60,007 nt of DNA from Desulfurococcaceae archaeon (GTDB taxonomy: Archaea > Thermoproteota > Thermoprotei_A > Sulfolobales > NBVN01): the NCBI GenBank assembly GCA_020833255.1, contig JAJHQR010000002.1:1-60007 (forward strand), read 5' to 3'. The notes below the pieces were generated by a model that was not told where the DNA came from, ran no database searches, and saw nothing but the letters and a program-made list of their open reading frames with translations. A program made the position numbers and the translations under genes. Below are positions 18,814 to 28,710 of the stretch, piece by piece; the first letter of the stretch is position 1; the number at the start of each line of letters is the position of its first letter.

Positions 18814-19395
18814 TTGATGGGTAAAGCTATAGTTATTTCCGGGACTCCCGGGGTTGGTAAGACGTTGGTTGCGACCCGGCTTGCGTCTAGGTTAGGTCTT
18901 AGCTACTTAAACTTATCGGATCTGGTTGTGAGGGAATCCCTGTATGTTGGCGTAGACGAGGTTAGGGGTTCTCTTATAATAGATGAGGAACGCTTAGTAA
19001 GCAGGCTCACCGAGTTATTGAGCGGGAGTGAATCCGACGTTATCGTAGACAGTCACTACGGTGAGGTAATCCCTGACGAGTTCGTTAAGACGGTATTCGT
19101 GCTTAGGCTAAACCCGGCCGTATTGTACGAGAGGCTTGCTTCGAGAGGGTGGGGTAAAGAGAAAGTTAGGGAGAATGTGGAAGCTGAAATACTGGGTATA
19201 TGCACTTACAACGCTTTAAACGAACACCCGGAAACTAAGGTGTGTGAGGTAGACGTAACTAATAAGGAAGTCGATGAGGTGGTGGAGGAAATCGTGAACG
19301 TACTCAATAACGTTAAGGAGTGTGAGGTGTGGGTTGACTGGCTATCTAACGAAGCACTGAAAGACTTCATCACCGAGCTCCTCAATACTTCCTAA
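18814..19395 (+). CDS. Fap7/AK6-type nucleoside-triphosphatase (putative adenylate kinase)
   Basis: The P-loop VISGTPGVGKT and the ~190-aa length are typical of archaeal Fap7-like kinases. The ATG at 18817 is the likely start. Confidence 0.8.
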   Translation: MMGKAIVISGTPGVGKTLVATRLASRLGLSYLNLSDLVVRESLYVGVDEVRGSLIIDEERLVSRLTELLSGSESDVIVDSHYGEVIPDEFVKTVFVLRLNPAVLYERLASRGWGKEKVRENVEAEILGICTYNALNEHPETKVCEVDVTNKEVDEVVEEIVNVLNNVKECEVWVDWLSNEALKDFITELLNTS

Positions 19396-19450
19396 CACTA
19401 ACTTAATGAAATCTATTAAGGTCTATTTTTAAAGACTGACCAAATAATAT

Positions 19451-19846
19451 TTGTCGGTGCTTCGAGTGGAGTTACGTGAGGGCTTGCTACGCGATGAGTG
19501 CACGGTGACAAGCATACGTAAGTCGTTAATACCTGGGATCGTAATAGTTTCTTTAGACTGCCAAGGAAGTAAGGTCGAGTTTGACGTGCTGAAGGAATTG
19601 CTAGTCGTTTCAGAGGGTAGTAAGACGGAGTATACCCTAAGTAGGGAGAAACCAGAATACGACGAGAAAAAAGACTTCGTCGCATGGGGTTACGTAATAA
19701 GCAAGAAAAACGTGGAGGCAACCCCGCCTAAGCAAAAACTGATTGTGTCGTTATGGGGCTACATGGTGATGATAGAATCTAGCGAAAACATCAATAGCTG
19801 CTTCAACCTAATGGATAAGGTCTACTTCAAACTAAAGCATTCATGA
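19451..19846 (+). CDS. rpoG: Probable DNA-directed RNA polymerase subunit G (Rpo8)
   Basis: 131 aa. The C-terminal LIVSLWGYMVMIES..NLMDKVYFKLKHS resembles the Sulfolobus RpoG C-terminus as recalled (..ISLFGLLVKI..NIMDHVYFCVKK). The comparison is memory-based. Confidence 0.5.
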   Translation: MSVLRVELREGLLRDECTVTSIRKSLIPGIVIVSLDCQGSKVEFDVLKELLVVSEGSKTEYTLSREKPEYDEKKDFVAWGYVISKKNVEATPPKQKLIVSLWGYMVMIESSENINSCFNLMDKVYFKLKHS

Positions 19847-19936
19847 CTCGCGTTCTGCTAGCAGGCAAAAGAGTTAAGGCATCGACTCAAGAAGGTATTC
19901 AGTCTGGATTAAGAAGTCCTCGATTACTGAGACTTC

Positions 19937-20125
19937 TTAAGCCCTACCCATTACCTTCACTCTATCCAGCCTAGGCTTCGAGAATGCTTTGCCACACCCA
20001 GGACACCTACTACCTATCTTACTAAAGAGCTCGTCCGGTGTCGGCACCCCAAAACTATCTTGCCCGACAGACCTGAACACGAAGAGAGTCTTACCGCAGG
20101 AACCGCACCTGTATATGACCGGCAT
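19937..20125 (-). CDS. Small zinc-ribbon protein
   Basis: 62 aa with CGSCG ... CPGCG pairs. Confidence 0.5.
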   Translation of the reverse strand: MPVIYRCGSCGKTLFVFRSVGQDSFGVPTPDELFSKIGSRCPGCGKAFSKPRLDRVKVMGRA

Positions 20126-20426
20126 AAGAGTCCCTATTAGACACTATATCACTCAAGCAAATAACAACATATGCACTAAATACGGGTAAGTATTACTCAC
20201 ACTAAGTAACTGGCATCAATAATACGTGGAGGAAAGAATTAAATCAGGGCATGAGGGTATTACTTCAACTCTAGACACGTTCCCCCGAACACCTACGGAG
20301 CTTTGCTAACCAAAACGTGGTTCGCGGCAAGACTGATTCTTAAGACTTTCACGACTCAAAAACAACGCTCTTTACGACGCGGGGGATTTATTAGTTTTCA
20401 TTGACTCGTTTCAAGCTTAATCTCAC

Positions 20427-21296
20427 TTACTTGGATGGAGTTAGATAGAGCTTCATGTATTTCTCCGCTACGTACGTATTCTTGAATACCTTCCTAGCTT
20501 CATTCAGTAAGTTATCGGTGTTCTTATACCTGGGTGATATGTGGTAAAGTATGAGTGTTTCAGCACCGCATCTTAGAGCTGTTTCGGACGCTTGAATAGC
20601 TGTTGAGTGCTTATATTCACGGGCTTTGTCGCTCATATCGCTACCGAAAGTTGAGTCATGGATTAGTACCTTCACGTTTTTACATGCCTTAATAACGTTA
20701 TCTGATGCCGTAGTATCTGAAACGTAGCATAAGCTGATGGTATCGGAAATATCTATCCTGTAAGCTAGCGTAGGTATTGAGTGCTCAACCCAGAAAGCCC
20801 TTATTTTGAAAGGTCCTTCGATAACGGTCTTACAGCAATCTGTTCTCACAACACTTACCTTGCTTTCTTGGTTGCGGGCCAATTCCTTGAGTGGTTCTAT
20901 GAAATCACCGCACCCCTCACACACCTTACTCTCCTCACTAACCTCGTTGACCACTAACACGTACTCTGGGTAGAAGTAGAGGTACTCAAACGACTTGATT
21001 AAGTATGTTCCCAGCCCTGCAGGACCGATTATTAAGAGTGGTGTGGTGATATTCGCTAAAGACCTTGATTGAAGGAATGGTATCAAGCCCAGGACATGGT
21101 CCCCGTGCATGTGGGTTACTAAGATTGGGTTTACGGACGCAACGCTCTTACCAACTTCTAGGAGTCTGTGCTGCGTCCCCTCACTAACGTCTAGAAGCAA
21201 GTTCTTCCCGCCGTAACTAATTAAGACGGAAGGCATTTCGTCACTACCTGGGTAAGGCCCTCTAGAACCTAAGAACGTCACTATCACCGGGTTCAT
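20427..21296 (-). CDS. rnz: Ribonuclease Z (tRNA 3' endonuclease)
   Basis: Metallo-beta-lactamase motif THMHGDHVLGLIPFLQS, the N-terminus VTFLGSRG and the ~290-aa length. Confidence 0.85.
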   Translation of the reverse strand: MNPVIVTFLGSRGPYPGSDEMPSVLISYGGKNLLLDVSEGTQHRLLEVGKSVASVNPILVTHMHGDHVLGLIPFLQSRSLANITTPLLIIGPAGLGTYLIKSFEYLYFYPEYVLVVNEVSEESKVCEGCGDFIEPLKELARNQESKVSVVRTDCCKTVIEGPFKIRAFWVEHSIPTLAYRIDISDTISLCYVSDTTASDNVIKACKNVKVLIHDSTFGSDMSDKAREYKHSTAIQASETALRCGAETLILYHISPRYKNTDNLLNEARKVFKNTYVAEKYMKLYLTPSK

Positions 21297-22303
21297 TCCT
21301 TCCTCACCACGAAAATATCTCTGGTTAGGGATCCGTGAACCCAGTTAGGGATTCTCTCAACGATCGTGAATCCCGCGTCAACAATCATTTCCTCGAGAGG
21401 CATATCTATCCTCTGAGCGAAAACCATGTAGCCGCCCTTCCTCAACACCCTGTAACTCTCCCCTAGAAAGCACTTCATTAAGTTGATTAAGTCCATGTCC
21501 GCGGGCTTGCTCATGCGACCGTACGGGGGGTCAGTAGCTATGGCGTCAACCCTATCTAACGGGATATGGCAAGCATCACCGCCCACTACCTCAGGAACAC
21601 ACCCGTAGTGAACCAGGTTTCTGGCAGCGCCCTCAGCTAGCTTAGGATCCACCTCCACACCCACATATCTTAAGCCTACGGAGCAAGCTTCCAGTAAGAA
21701 GCCTCCAGCACCACAAAAAGAATCTAAGATAACGTGTCCCTCCCTCACACTAGCCCTACTCAAGTTCACGAAGACTCTAGCCATGTACGGGGTCATAGTG
21801 CCTGGCGAGTAAAAAGGTCTCTCAGCAGGTTCACGCGCTCTGTAAGGCCTTAAATCCCTCTCATAAGTTCTTAAACCCACCACAACACACCCCTCCGAAA
21901 CTATGATGTCCAACCTCTTACTCCCCCCTCTACATAAACTCCCGGACAACTCGTTCACAACTCTTAACACGTCTTCATAACTTACTTGATTCCCGTACTG
22001 CTTCACCCTCCTGAAGTTCACGTAGTCGTAACCCCCGTAGAAGCATACGTCAGAATCTCTTAGAACTCTCTTAATGCCTTGAACCCCGTCAACGGCCTCA
22101 GAAACCCCTAGCAGGACGCCGGCATACTTACTTAAGACAGTCCTCCTCAGGACTTCCTCCAAGGGCTCAGAACTATCAACGATAACGACCTGATCCAGGT
22201 GAGCCACGAGCTTATACCCTACTCTCTCAGCCTCCATCACGGCCCTCAACTCAAGCAACGGCAGCTCCCTGTGCTCACCGGAAAGATAAACGTAGTAAAG
22301 CAT
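21293..22303 (-). CDS. THUMP-domain tRNA (guanine10-N2)-methyltransferase (Trm11/Trm-G10 type)
   Basis: N-terminal THUMP-like region, the SAM motif LDSFCGAGGF and the catalytic TDPPYGR motif. Confidence 0.85.
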   Translation of the reverse strand: MLYYVYLSGEHRELPLLELRAVMEAERVGYKLVAHLDQVVIVDSSEPLEEVLRRTVLSKYAGVLLGVSEAVDGVQGIKRVLRDSDVCFYGGYDYVNFRRVKQYGNQVSYEDVLRVVNELSGSLCRGGSKRLDIIVSEGCVVVGLRTYERDLRPYRAREPAERPFYSPGTMTPYMARVFVNLSRASVREGHVILDSFCGAGGFLLEACSVGLRYVGVEVDPKLAEGAARNLVHYGCVPEVVGGDACHIPLDRVDAIATDPPYGRMSKPADMDLINLMKCFLGESYRVLRKGGYMVFAQRIDMPLEEMIVDAGFTIVERIPNWVHGSLTRDIFVVRKE

Positions 22304-22373
22304 TTCCTCTCTAGAGTTTCATTATCGTGAAGTTTATTAAACCTTAGACTATCTATTAGATCAGCGAATCCTC

Positions 22374-23273
22374 CTAAAGCAAGCTCCCCTTAATAGACTC
22401 AGCAAGCTCCCCCGACACGTCAAGATACTCTACTAAGTCACTCGTTAATCGGTGTCCCACGGTATTCAACACCACCACCTTATTAACTCCTGAAAGCCTC
22501 AGCTTATTTAGCGCGTCACCCACGAAAAGCCCGTGCGATGCTAGAACATAGATCTTGCGAGCACCCTTACTAGCCAAGTACTTAGCTATACTAGCTATTG
22601 TGCCGCCAGTACTTATTATGTCATCAATTATGACGGCGTTAACCCCGGTTACGTCCAGATCCTCCGGTAGTTGATGAGTGACTTCCCCCGTCACCCTATC
22701 CCTGACCTTCTTAATCGTCACGTAATCCTTACCGAGGAACTCAGCTATCAGCCTAACCCTCTTCGAGGCACCAACGTCTGGAGCTACAAGTATGTAGGGC
22801 TCTCCGACGTTGTTCTTTATGTACTGCCCGAACGTCTTAACGGGTAATACGTTAACGATTAAATCGCTGAATTCCTCTAAGAGTTTCTCACTATGTATGT
22901 CCACGACCAACAGTTTCTTGAGACCCACACACCTCATTATCTTAAGAACCGCTCTCCCACTAACTACCTCCCAACTCAAGAACTCTTTATCTTGCCTGCC
23001 GTAAGCCAGGTACAGCATCACCGCGTACACTTTGCTGAGACCCTTCGAGGATAGCAGTTCTACTGAAAGGAATAACTCAAGCAAGGAACGATTCTGGTCA
23101 GGATAGGAAGTAAGCACCAGCAATACCCCATCCTCCCCAGAAATCTCCGGAAACCTCAAGTAAGACTCCCCGTCAGGGAAGACCTTATAGACAACCTCAG
23201 AATACCTGAACCCGAGGAGGTTCGCAAGTCCACGCCCTAAACCCGGGTCTGAAGGCAGTGAAATCACTAACAC
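22374..23273 (-). CDS. prs: Ribose-phosphate pyrophosphokinase
   Basis: The PRPP-binding loop VIIDDIISTGGTI and the overall Prs layout. Confidence 0.9.
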   Translation of the reverse strand: MLVISLPSDPGLGRGLANLLGFRYSEVVYKVFPDGESYLRFPEISGEDGVLLVLTSYPDQNRSLLELFLSVELLSSKGLSKVYAVMLYLAYGRQDKEFLSWEVVSGRAVLKIMRCVGLKKLLVVDIHSEKLLEEFSDLIVNVLPVKTFGQYIKNNVGEPYILVAPDVGASKRVRLIAEFLGKDYVTIKKVRDRVTGEVTHQLPEDLDVTGVNAVIIDDIISTGGTIASIAKYLASKGARKIYVLASHGLFVGDALNKLRLSGVNKVVVLNTVGHRLTSDLVEYLDVSGELAESIKGSLL

Positions 23274-23439
23274 CTAACCCACCACCACATAACATATCGA
23301 GGAAGAACTTCTAAAGCTTTTAGACCTCCTTAAATAGGTTCAATCGTTCTAGGTCGTGCGTCCCTCCCGCGAAGCAAGGGAAGATAACTTATTAGATGTG
23401 AAAACATGTTTAACGACGAGTGAGTGATCAGGTGATTCT

Positions 23440-24516
23440 GTGTTGGGGAGGCCTGACCTAAGCAAGCCTTGGGTTAGAACAGCTAAGTATTGGAGGAGGT
23501 TAGGCGATAATAAAGTGGTTTGTGATCTATGCTATAAGAGGTGCCCCATAAGTGACGGGGGTTACGGTGCTTGCGGTGTTAGGTATAATTCCGGCGGGAC
23601 CCTCTACACCTTAGTGTACGGTCTCCTCACGGCAGCTAACCTAGACCCCATAGAGAAGAAACCCCTATCTCACTTCCATCCAGGCTCTCTAGTCTTCTCC
23701 ATATCCACCGCTGGATGCAACTTCATGTGCATGTTCTGCCAGAACTGGACATTAAGTCAGTCTAGGAGGAACGGGATTTTCGGCGACTTCATGACGCCTG
23801 AGGAAGTGGTTAGGGAAGCTGTCAGGGAGGGGGCTGACGGGATTAGCTACACCTACAACGAACCAACGATCTTCTACGAGTTCATGATCGACACCGCCGC
23901 GCTGGCTAAGAAAGAAAATCTTTTCAATACTATGGTAACTAACGGGTACATCACCACCGAGGCTCTAGAAGAACTCACCAAGTTCCTCGACGCCGCCACA
24001 GTAGATTTCAAGGCTAACGCTAACAAAGAATTCTACAGGAAGTTCATGGGGGTGCCTGACCCGGAACCTATCTACGAAACTATTAACTACATGAAGAAGA
24101 GAGGAGTTTTCGTTGAAGTAACCGATCTCGTGGTGCCTAAGTACGGCGACAGCGTCGAAGATCTCAGGAAGCTGGTTAGGAAACTCGTTGAGGTAGTGGG
24201 TGATGACGTGCCCTTCCACCTACTCAGATTCTACCCACACTACAAAATGAGTTACCTGCCTGAAACACCTATCAAGACTCTCGAGAAGCTTGCTGAGGTA
24301 GCTAAGAGTGAGGGCTTGAAGTACGTGTATTTAGGTAACGTGCCAGGACATCACATGGAGAACACGTACTGCCCTAACTGCGGGGAGCTCTTAATACGTA
24401 GGTACGGCTTCTACGTAACTGAATGGAGGCTGACAGAGTCTAACAAGTGCCCTAAGTGTGGCTACGCGGTAAACGTGGTCGGCACACTGAAACGTAAGAG
24501 TATTCCGTGGTTTTAA
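23440..24516 (+). CDS. AmmeMemoRadiSam-system radical SAM enzyme (PFL-activase-like)
   Basis: The CNFMCMFCQNW radical-SAM cluster motif, an N-terminal Cys-rich segment (CDLCYKRC...C) and a C-terminal CPNCG..CPKCG ribbon. Confidence 0.85.
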   Translation: MLGRPDLSKPWVRTAKYWRRLGDNKVVCDLCYKRCPISDGGYGACGVRYNSGGTLYTLVYGLLTAANLDPIEKKPLSHFHPGSLVFSISTAGCNFMCMFCQNWTLSQSRRNGIFGDFMTPEEVVREAVREGADGISYTYNEPTIFYEFMIDTAALAKKENLFNTMVTNGYITTEALEELTKFLDAATVDFKANANKEFYRKFMGVPDPEPIYETINYMKKRGVFVEVTDLVVPKYGDSVEDLRKLVRKLVEVVGDDVPFHLLRFYPHYKMSYLPETPIKTLEKLAEVAKSEGLKYVYLGNVPGHHMENTYCPNCGELLIRRYGFYVTEWRLTESNKCPKCGYAVNVVGTLKRKSIPWF

Positions 24517-24556
24517 AATTTGTTAGCTGTTGCTTAAATATTAATCTGAGTCTTGA

Positions 24557-25390
24557 GTGCGGGGTGTGTTAATGTATTTTGTGATCGTCGCAGGACCTGC
24601 TGGTTCAGGCAAGTCCACGTTTGTCTCAGCACTAGCTCAGTGGATGGAGCTCAACGGTCTAGACGTAGTTAGAGTTAACTTAGACCCGGCATCCGAGGTC
24701 TTGCCTTACGTTCCTGACGTGGACGTGAGGAATTACGTCACGACACGTGATTTCATGGTGAAGTACGGTCTCGGACCTAACGGCGCTCTAGTACTGAGCG
24801 TTGATTACCTAGTTAATTACGTCAGCGATTTAAGGAAGGAGATAGATGAGTTAGGCGGTAATTACGCGATCATAGATCTCCCCGGGCAGTTAGAGATAGT
24901 TGCTTTCAGGAGGTTAGGACCTATAGTTCTGAGGGAGTTAGTTAAGAATAGCAGGTCGGCGACAGCCTTCATACTAGACTCACACATGGCTTCCAACCCA
25001 CACTCAAGCTACTCAGCACTCCTACTAGCTCTCTCAACGATGTACAGGTTAAGACTCCCCCTAGTCTTAATACTGAACAAGATAGACTTAATAACAACCC
25101 AGCAAAAATTCAGAGACTTAGAGGGTCTGAGTTCTAGACTCTACCTCCTGCGCTTACTGAGCGAAGACTACAGCTGTATCTCGGCAAGCAACGACGCGTT
25201 CTTCATAAGCCTTGAGGTCGGTGAGTCGCTCTGTAACATATTCAAGGAAATCTTTAAGGAAGTAGTCTCAGTCTCTTCTAAGGAGATGTGGGGTGTTGAG
25301 GACGCTTACGCCTCACTCCAGAGAGTCTTAATAGGCGGTGAAGACTTCGCAACCGAGGAATACAGTGAGGGGCCCTCACACAGCGATTAA
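24557..25390 (+). CDS. GPN-loop GTPase
   Basis: The P-loop GPAGSGKST, GLGPNGAL (the GPN motif) and DLPGQLE. The likely start is the ATG at 24572. Confidence 0.9.
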   Translation: MRGVLMYFVIVAGPAGSGKSTFVSALAQWMELNGLDVVRVNLDPASEVLPYVPDVDVRNYVTTRDFMVKYGLGPNGALVLSVDYLVNYVSDLRKEIDELGGNYAIIDLPGQLEIVAFRRLGPIVLRELVKNSRSATAFILDSHMASNPHSSYSALLLALSTMYRLRLPLVLILNKIDLITTQQKFRDLEGLSSRLYLLRLLSEDYSCISASNDAFFISLEVGESLCNIFKEIFKEVVSVSSKEMWGVEDAYASLQRVLIGGEDFATEEYSEGPSHSD

Positions 25391-25528
25391 GCAACAACAA
25401 ATCGCTAGAAGCTAAACAAGATAGGACGCACAGCTTAAGCAACGAAATCTCCAGTTATTTAATCAAATAGTGGGTGAGCACAGCTTTTAAATCTGTGTTT
25501 TAGACTAATATCTGGGGGTTAATTAGGA

Positions 25529-26242
25529 ATGAGTAACGTGAGGGAATATGTGGAGGAAGTAATTAACAAGGCTAGGAGTGAGGGGAGGACTAAATTACTT
25601 GAGCATGAAGCCTACGACGTTCTAGTAAAGTACGGTTTCCCGGCACCGAAGTTCGGATTAGCTAATTCTGCTGAGGAGGCTGTCAGACTATCTGAGGAGA
25701 TAGGTTATCCCGTCGTGTTAAAGATCGTCAGCCCTGACATAGTTCATAAATCTGACGTAGGCGGCGTTAAGCTTAACTTAAACTCTAGTGATGAGGTCCG
25801 CAAGAGTTTTGACGACATATTACGTAACGTGAGAGCAAGAGCTCCTGAAGCCAGGATAACCGGTATCTTAATTCAGGAAATGATTCCTCAAAGTCTTGAA
25901 GTCATCGTGGGAGCTACCAGGGACCCCACCTTCGGCCCGGTAATCTTGTTCGGTCTCGGCGGCATATTCGTTGAGGTTTTGAAGGACGTGAGCTTCAGGA
26001 TAACGCCTCTAACAAGGTATGACGCGGAGACCATGCTCACCGAAATTAAAGCTGCTAAGATATTAGACGGCTACAGAGGGACGCCGCCGAGGGATAAGGA
26101 AGCCATAATAGACATAGTGATGAAGCTTGCTAAGTTCATGGAGGAACATGAGTCGGTTACTGACGTGGACCTCAACCCGATAATGGTCTTCGAGGTAGGT
26201 AAGGGAGCTAAGATAGCTGACGCTAGAATACTGATAAGGTAA
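25529..26242 (+). CDS. acdB: ADP-forming acetyl-CoA synthetase, beta (ATP-grasp) subunit
   Basis: LLEHEAYDVLVKYGFPAP...GYPVVLKIVSPDIVHKSDVGGVKLNL is the typical ACD beta/ATP-grasp signature. No alpha subunit lies adjacent. Confidence 0.85.
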   Translation: MSNVREYVEEVINKARSEGRTKLLEHEAYDVLVKYGFPAPKFGLANSAEEAVRLSEEIGYPVVLKIVSPDIVHKSDVGGVKLNLNSSDEVRKSFDDILRNVRARAPEARITGILIQEMIPQSLEVIVGATRDPTFGPVILFGLGGIFVEVLKDVSFRITPLTRYDAETMLTEIKAAKILDGYRGTPPRDKEAIIDIVMKLAKFMEEHESVTDVDLNPIMVFEVGKGAKIADARILIR

Positions 26243-26248
26243 TCTTGG

Positions 26249-27118
26249 TTGAGTACCGAAGAATTAATCAAGAGAATAGACGACTTAAGAGAAGAAATAA
26301 AGACTCTAAAAAATCAGAGACTTGACTTAGTAAACAAGATTAGGGAGATAAACGCGGAGAGAGGCAAGGTAAGAGAAGAGTTAACCGGCATCAAAAACAG
26401 GCTGGGGAATGTCTGGGAAGTAAAGAATAAGCTGAGGGAGGAAAGAGATAGGTTAATAGCGCAGAGGAGGGAGATCTTAAGTAGGTTAAGGGACGTTAGG
26501 AATAGGCTGATAAGCATTAGAGAAAACGTGAATAATTTCAAGAACAACACCCCTTACTCTATAAACAGGATCAAGCAGGAGATAGAAAGGCTTGAGTGGA
26601 GGATAATAACCGAGTCCCTGCCCATAGAGGTTGAGAGCAGGATAGTTAGGGAGATAGCTAGGTTAGAGGAAGAGTTGATGAAGGTGGTTGAGGGGAGAAA
26701 ACTTCTAGAAGAGTACAAGGAGGTTAGGGCGGAGTACCAGAGCTTGAGGATAATGCTGGACGACCTAAGTAACAGGATAGGCGAGATTACGGAGAAGATA
26801 ACGTCTCTGAGGGAGAAAGAGCGTAAGCTCAAGGAAGAGCGTGATTCTTTGAGGAAGAAACTCGATGAATTAACGAAGGAGTTGGCGAGCGTTAAGGCTA
26901 GCATAGACCAGCTAAACACGTCCATCAACTCTAAAGTTGAGGAACTGAGAGCTCTTCAAGAAGAGTTAAGGAATCTTAAGACTAGCTTAGCTAAGAGTAG
27001 GGAGAAGGAAATCCTGGACAAAAAGAAAAACGAGGTAGAGAAGAAGATGAAGGAAACTAAGAGATTGACTTTAGAGGACCTGAAAATATATTACGGAGAG
27101 ATAGAGGAGAATCCCTAA
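26249..27118 (+). CDS. Archaeal coiled-coil protein (COG1340-like)
   Basis: 289 aa, almost entirely heptad-like and rich in E/K/R/L. No enzymatic motif. Confidence 0.6.
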   Translation: MSTEELIKRIDDLREEIKTLKNQRLDLVNKIREINAERGKVREELTGIKNRLGNVWEVKNKLREERDRLIAQRREILSRLRDVRNRLISIRENVNNFKNNTPYSINRIKQEIERLEWRIITESLPIEVESRIVREIARLEEELMKVVEGRKLLEEYKEVRAEYQSLRIMLDDLSNRIGEITEKITSLREKERKLKEERDSLRKKLDELTKELASVKASIDQLNTSINSKVEELRALQEELRNLKTSLAKSREKEILDKKKNEVEKKMKETKRLTLEDLKIYYGEIEENP

Positions 27119-27225
27119 AAGAGCTCACCCGTTAGAAGCTTCGCTCTTTAGGGCGGGGAGCGTCAGACCCCACATACTTAACCTTTTTAAGGATAAACCT
27201 AACAATAAAAACTAGGTGTGATTGG

Positions 27226-27525
27226 ATGGTTAAGGCATCAAGCGGGTACAGGCACAGGACGAGGAAATTGCTAAAGAAGAGCGTCAGAGAGCGGGGCTCC
27301 GTACCTCCCTTAAGCACCGTCATGAGAGAGTATAAGGAAGGCGATAAGGTATGCATAGTGCCTAACCCAGCCGTACAAGACGCCTTACCGCACAGGAGGT
27401 ATGTGGGTAAGGTAGGGGTTGTAGTAGGTAAGAGGGGGAGGGCTTACATAGTTGAGGTCTACATAGGTGATAAGAAGAAGACTTTAATTACGTACCCCGA
27501 GCATTTAAGGCCTGTTAGTGCGTGA
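27226..27525 (+). CDS. rpl21e: 50S ribosomal protein L21e
   Basis: The MVKASSGYRHRTRKLLKK N-terminus. It is first in the conserved L21e-RpoF-DUF655 archaeal cluster. Confidence 0.95.
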   Translation: MVKASSGYRHRTRKLLKKSVRERGSVPPLSTVMREYKEGDKVCIVPNPAVQDALPHRRYVGKVGVVVGKRGRAYIVEVYIGDKKKTLITYPEHLRPVSA

Positions 27526-27530
27526 GATAG

Positions 27531-27857
27531 ATGAAGATAGTGTCTTCTCGCAACATCACTTACGCTGAAATACAGAAAATGATTGAGGAGTTAGCTGAGA
27601 GAGGAGTAGAGCTTGAGAGCATAGAACTACGTGTACTAGACTACCTCAGGAGATTCAATAAATGTAGGAAGGCCGGCGAGTTAGTTGAGGAACTTGGGAA
27701 GCGAGGCTTCAGCGAGATAACCTCGGTTATGATAGCTAACATAGTCCCGAAAGACTTGGAAACCCTTAAGATACTCCTAAATTTCGAGAATAAGAACTAC
27801 GAGGAAGAATTCCTGAACGATGTTCTTAAGACGATCAGCGAGTACTGTAGCGAGTAG
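27531..27857 (+). CDS. rpoF: DNA-directed RNA polymerase subunit F (Rpo4)
   Basis: 108-aa helical protein immediately after L21e, with an Rpb4/RpoF-like pattern (..VLDYLRRFNK.. ..IANIVPKDLETLK..). Confidence 0.8.
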   Translation: MKIVSSRNITYAEIQKMIEELAERGVELESIELRVLDYLRRFNKCRKAGELVEELGKRGFSEITSVMIANIVPKDLETLKILLNFENKNYEEEFLNDVLKTISEYCSE

Positions 27858-27876
27858 ATCCTTGGAGGTATTATTG

Positions 27877-28542
27877 ATGGGGTTTAAAGGACCTGCCAGC
27901 GGGGATAGGAAGGTTTCCCGTGAAGACTTCGCAATAGTTCTTGATTTCATGCCGGGCGGTAACCCGCTAGACCAGCACCACCCATCACATAAGAATAAAC
28001 CTCTCGCACAAGCACTAGGAACCACCTACTTCACTTTACTAGAGTTTCACCCCAAACCAGGGGTTACGGTAGCTCAGGGCGAGAAGGTGTGTGTTAGCTT
28101 CAGGTTTCGTGAATTGAGGGATAAGGTAGGGTATGTGTGGGGGGAGCCGATACGTTACGATGACTTAACGGCGGTAGCTAAGTCTTACCTTCCGGAAGCG
28201 GTCAGGGCCGCAGTGCTTGACCTAGAGAAAGTGTTCGTGACATTCTTTAATATAGCCGCGCCAGTAACTATAAAACTACATTCACTTGAGCTAATACCCG
28301 GCATAGGCAAGAAGACCATGTGGGTAATACTTGAAGAAAGAAAGAAGCCTTTCGAATCCTTCAAAGACCTCCAGAACAGAGTTAAGATACCGGATCCCGT
28401 GGGCTTAATATCTGAGAGGATCTTAAAGGAGATTAAAGGGGAGGAGAAAATGTATTTGTTTCTTGAGCCACCCCCCGGGGTTAAGGACGCTATAGTTCTC
28501 GGCTACCTCCACAGGATATATTCCATGCTGGGCTACGAGTAG
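27877..28542 (+). CDS. DUF655/COG1491 putative RNA-binding protein
   Basis: Third member of the conserved cluster. The ATG at 27877 is preceded by GGAGG. The ORF-track start at 27820 overlaps the rpoF end and is probably an over-extension. An HhH-like LELIPGIGKKT block is present. Confidence 0.8.
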   Translation: MGFKGPASGDRKVSREDFAIVLDFMPGGNPLDQHHPSHKNKPLAQALGTTYFTLLEFHPKPGVTVAQGEKVCVSFRFRELRDKVGYVWGEPIRYDDLTAVAKSYLPEAVRAAVLDLEKVFVTFFNIAAPVTIKLHSLELIPGIGKKTMWVILEERKKPFESFKDLQNRVKIPDPVGLISERILKEIKGEEKMYLFLEPPPGVKDAIVLGYLHRIYSMLGYE

Positions 28543-28549
28543 TGGAGAA

Positions 28550-28607
28550 TTCCTCAGTCCTGCGCGGGCAAATCACCCATCATACCTTTCGAGCTTCATC
28601 ATCTTTG
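28550..28607 (-). ncRNA. Candidate C/D-box sRNA (2'-O-methylation guide)
   Basis: On the minus strand the layout is C box ATGATGA (28602-28596), 12 nt, D' ATGA (28583-28580), 3 nt, C' GTGATTT (28576-28570), 12 nt, then D box CTGA (28557-28554). The box variants and spacing match the 18681-18740 candidate. Confidence 0.5.
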
Positions 28608-28710
28608 CCGTTAATCGCCCCGCCAAGACCGATAGTTTTGCGGCACCTAAACTTATAAGTTTTTAAAGACTTCTTCATCACGTATATAAGTAAGTCTGCT
28701 GTTTTAAATC

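Noticed and set aside
19416-19721. 101-aa minus-strand ORF
   Set aside because: It is antisense to the probable rpoG frame, which has the better family resemblance.
26314-26928. Two minus-strand ORFs (78 and 124 aa) inside the coiled-coil gene
   Set aside because: The reverse complement of GAG/AAG-rich coiled-coil coding sequence yields Leu/Ser/Phe-rich artefactual ORFs.
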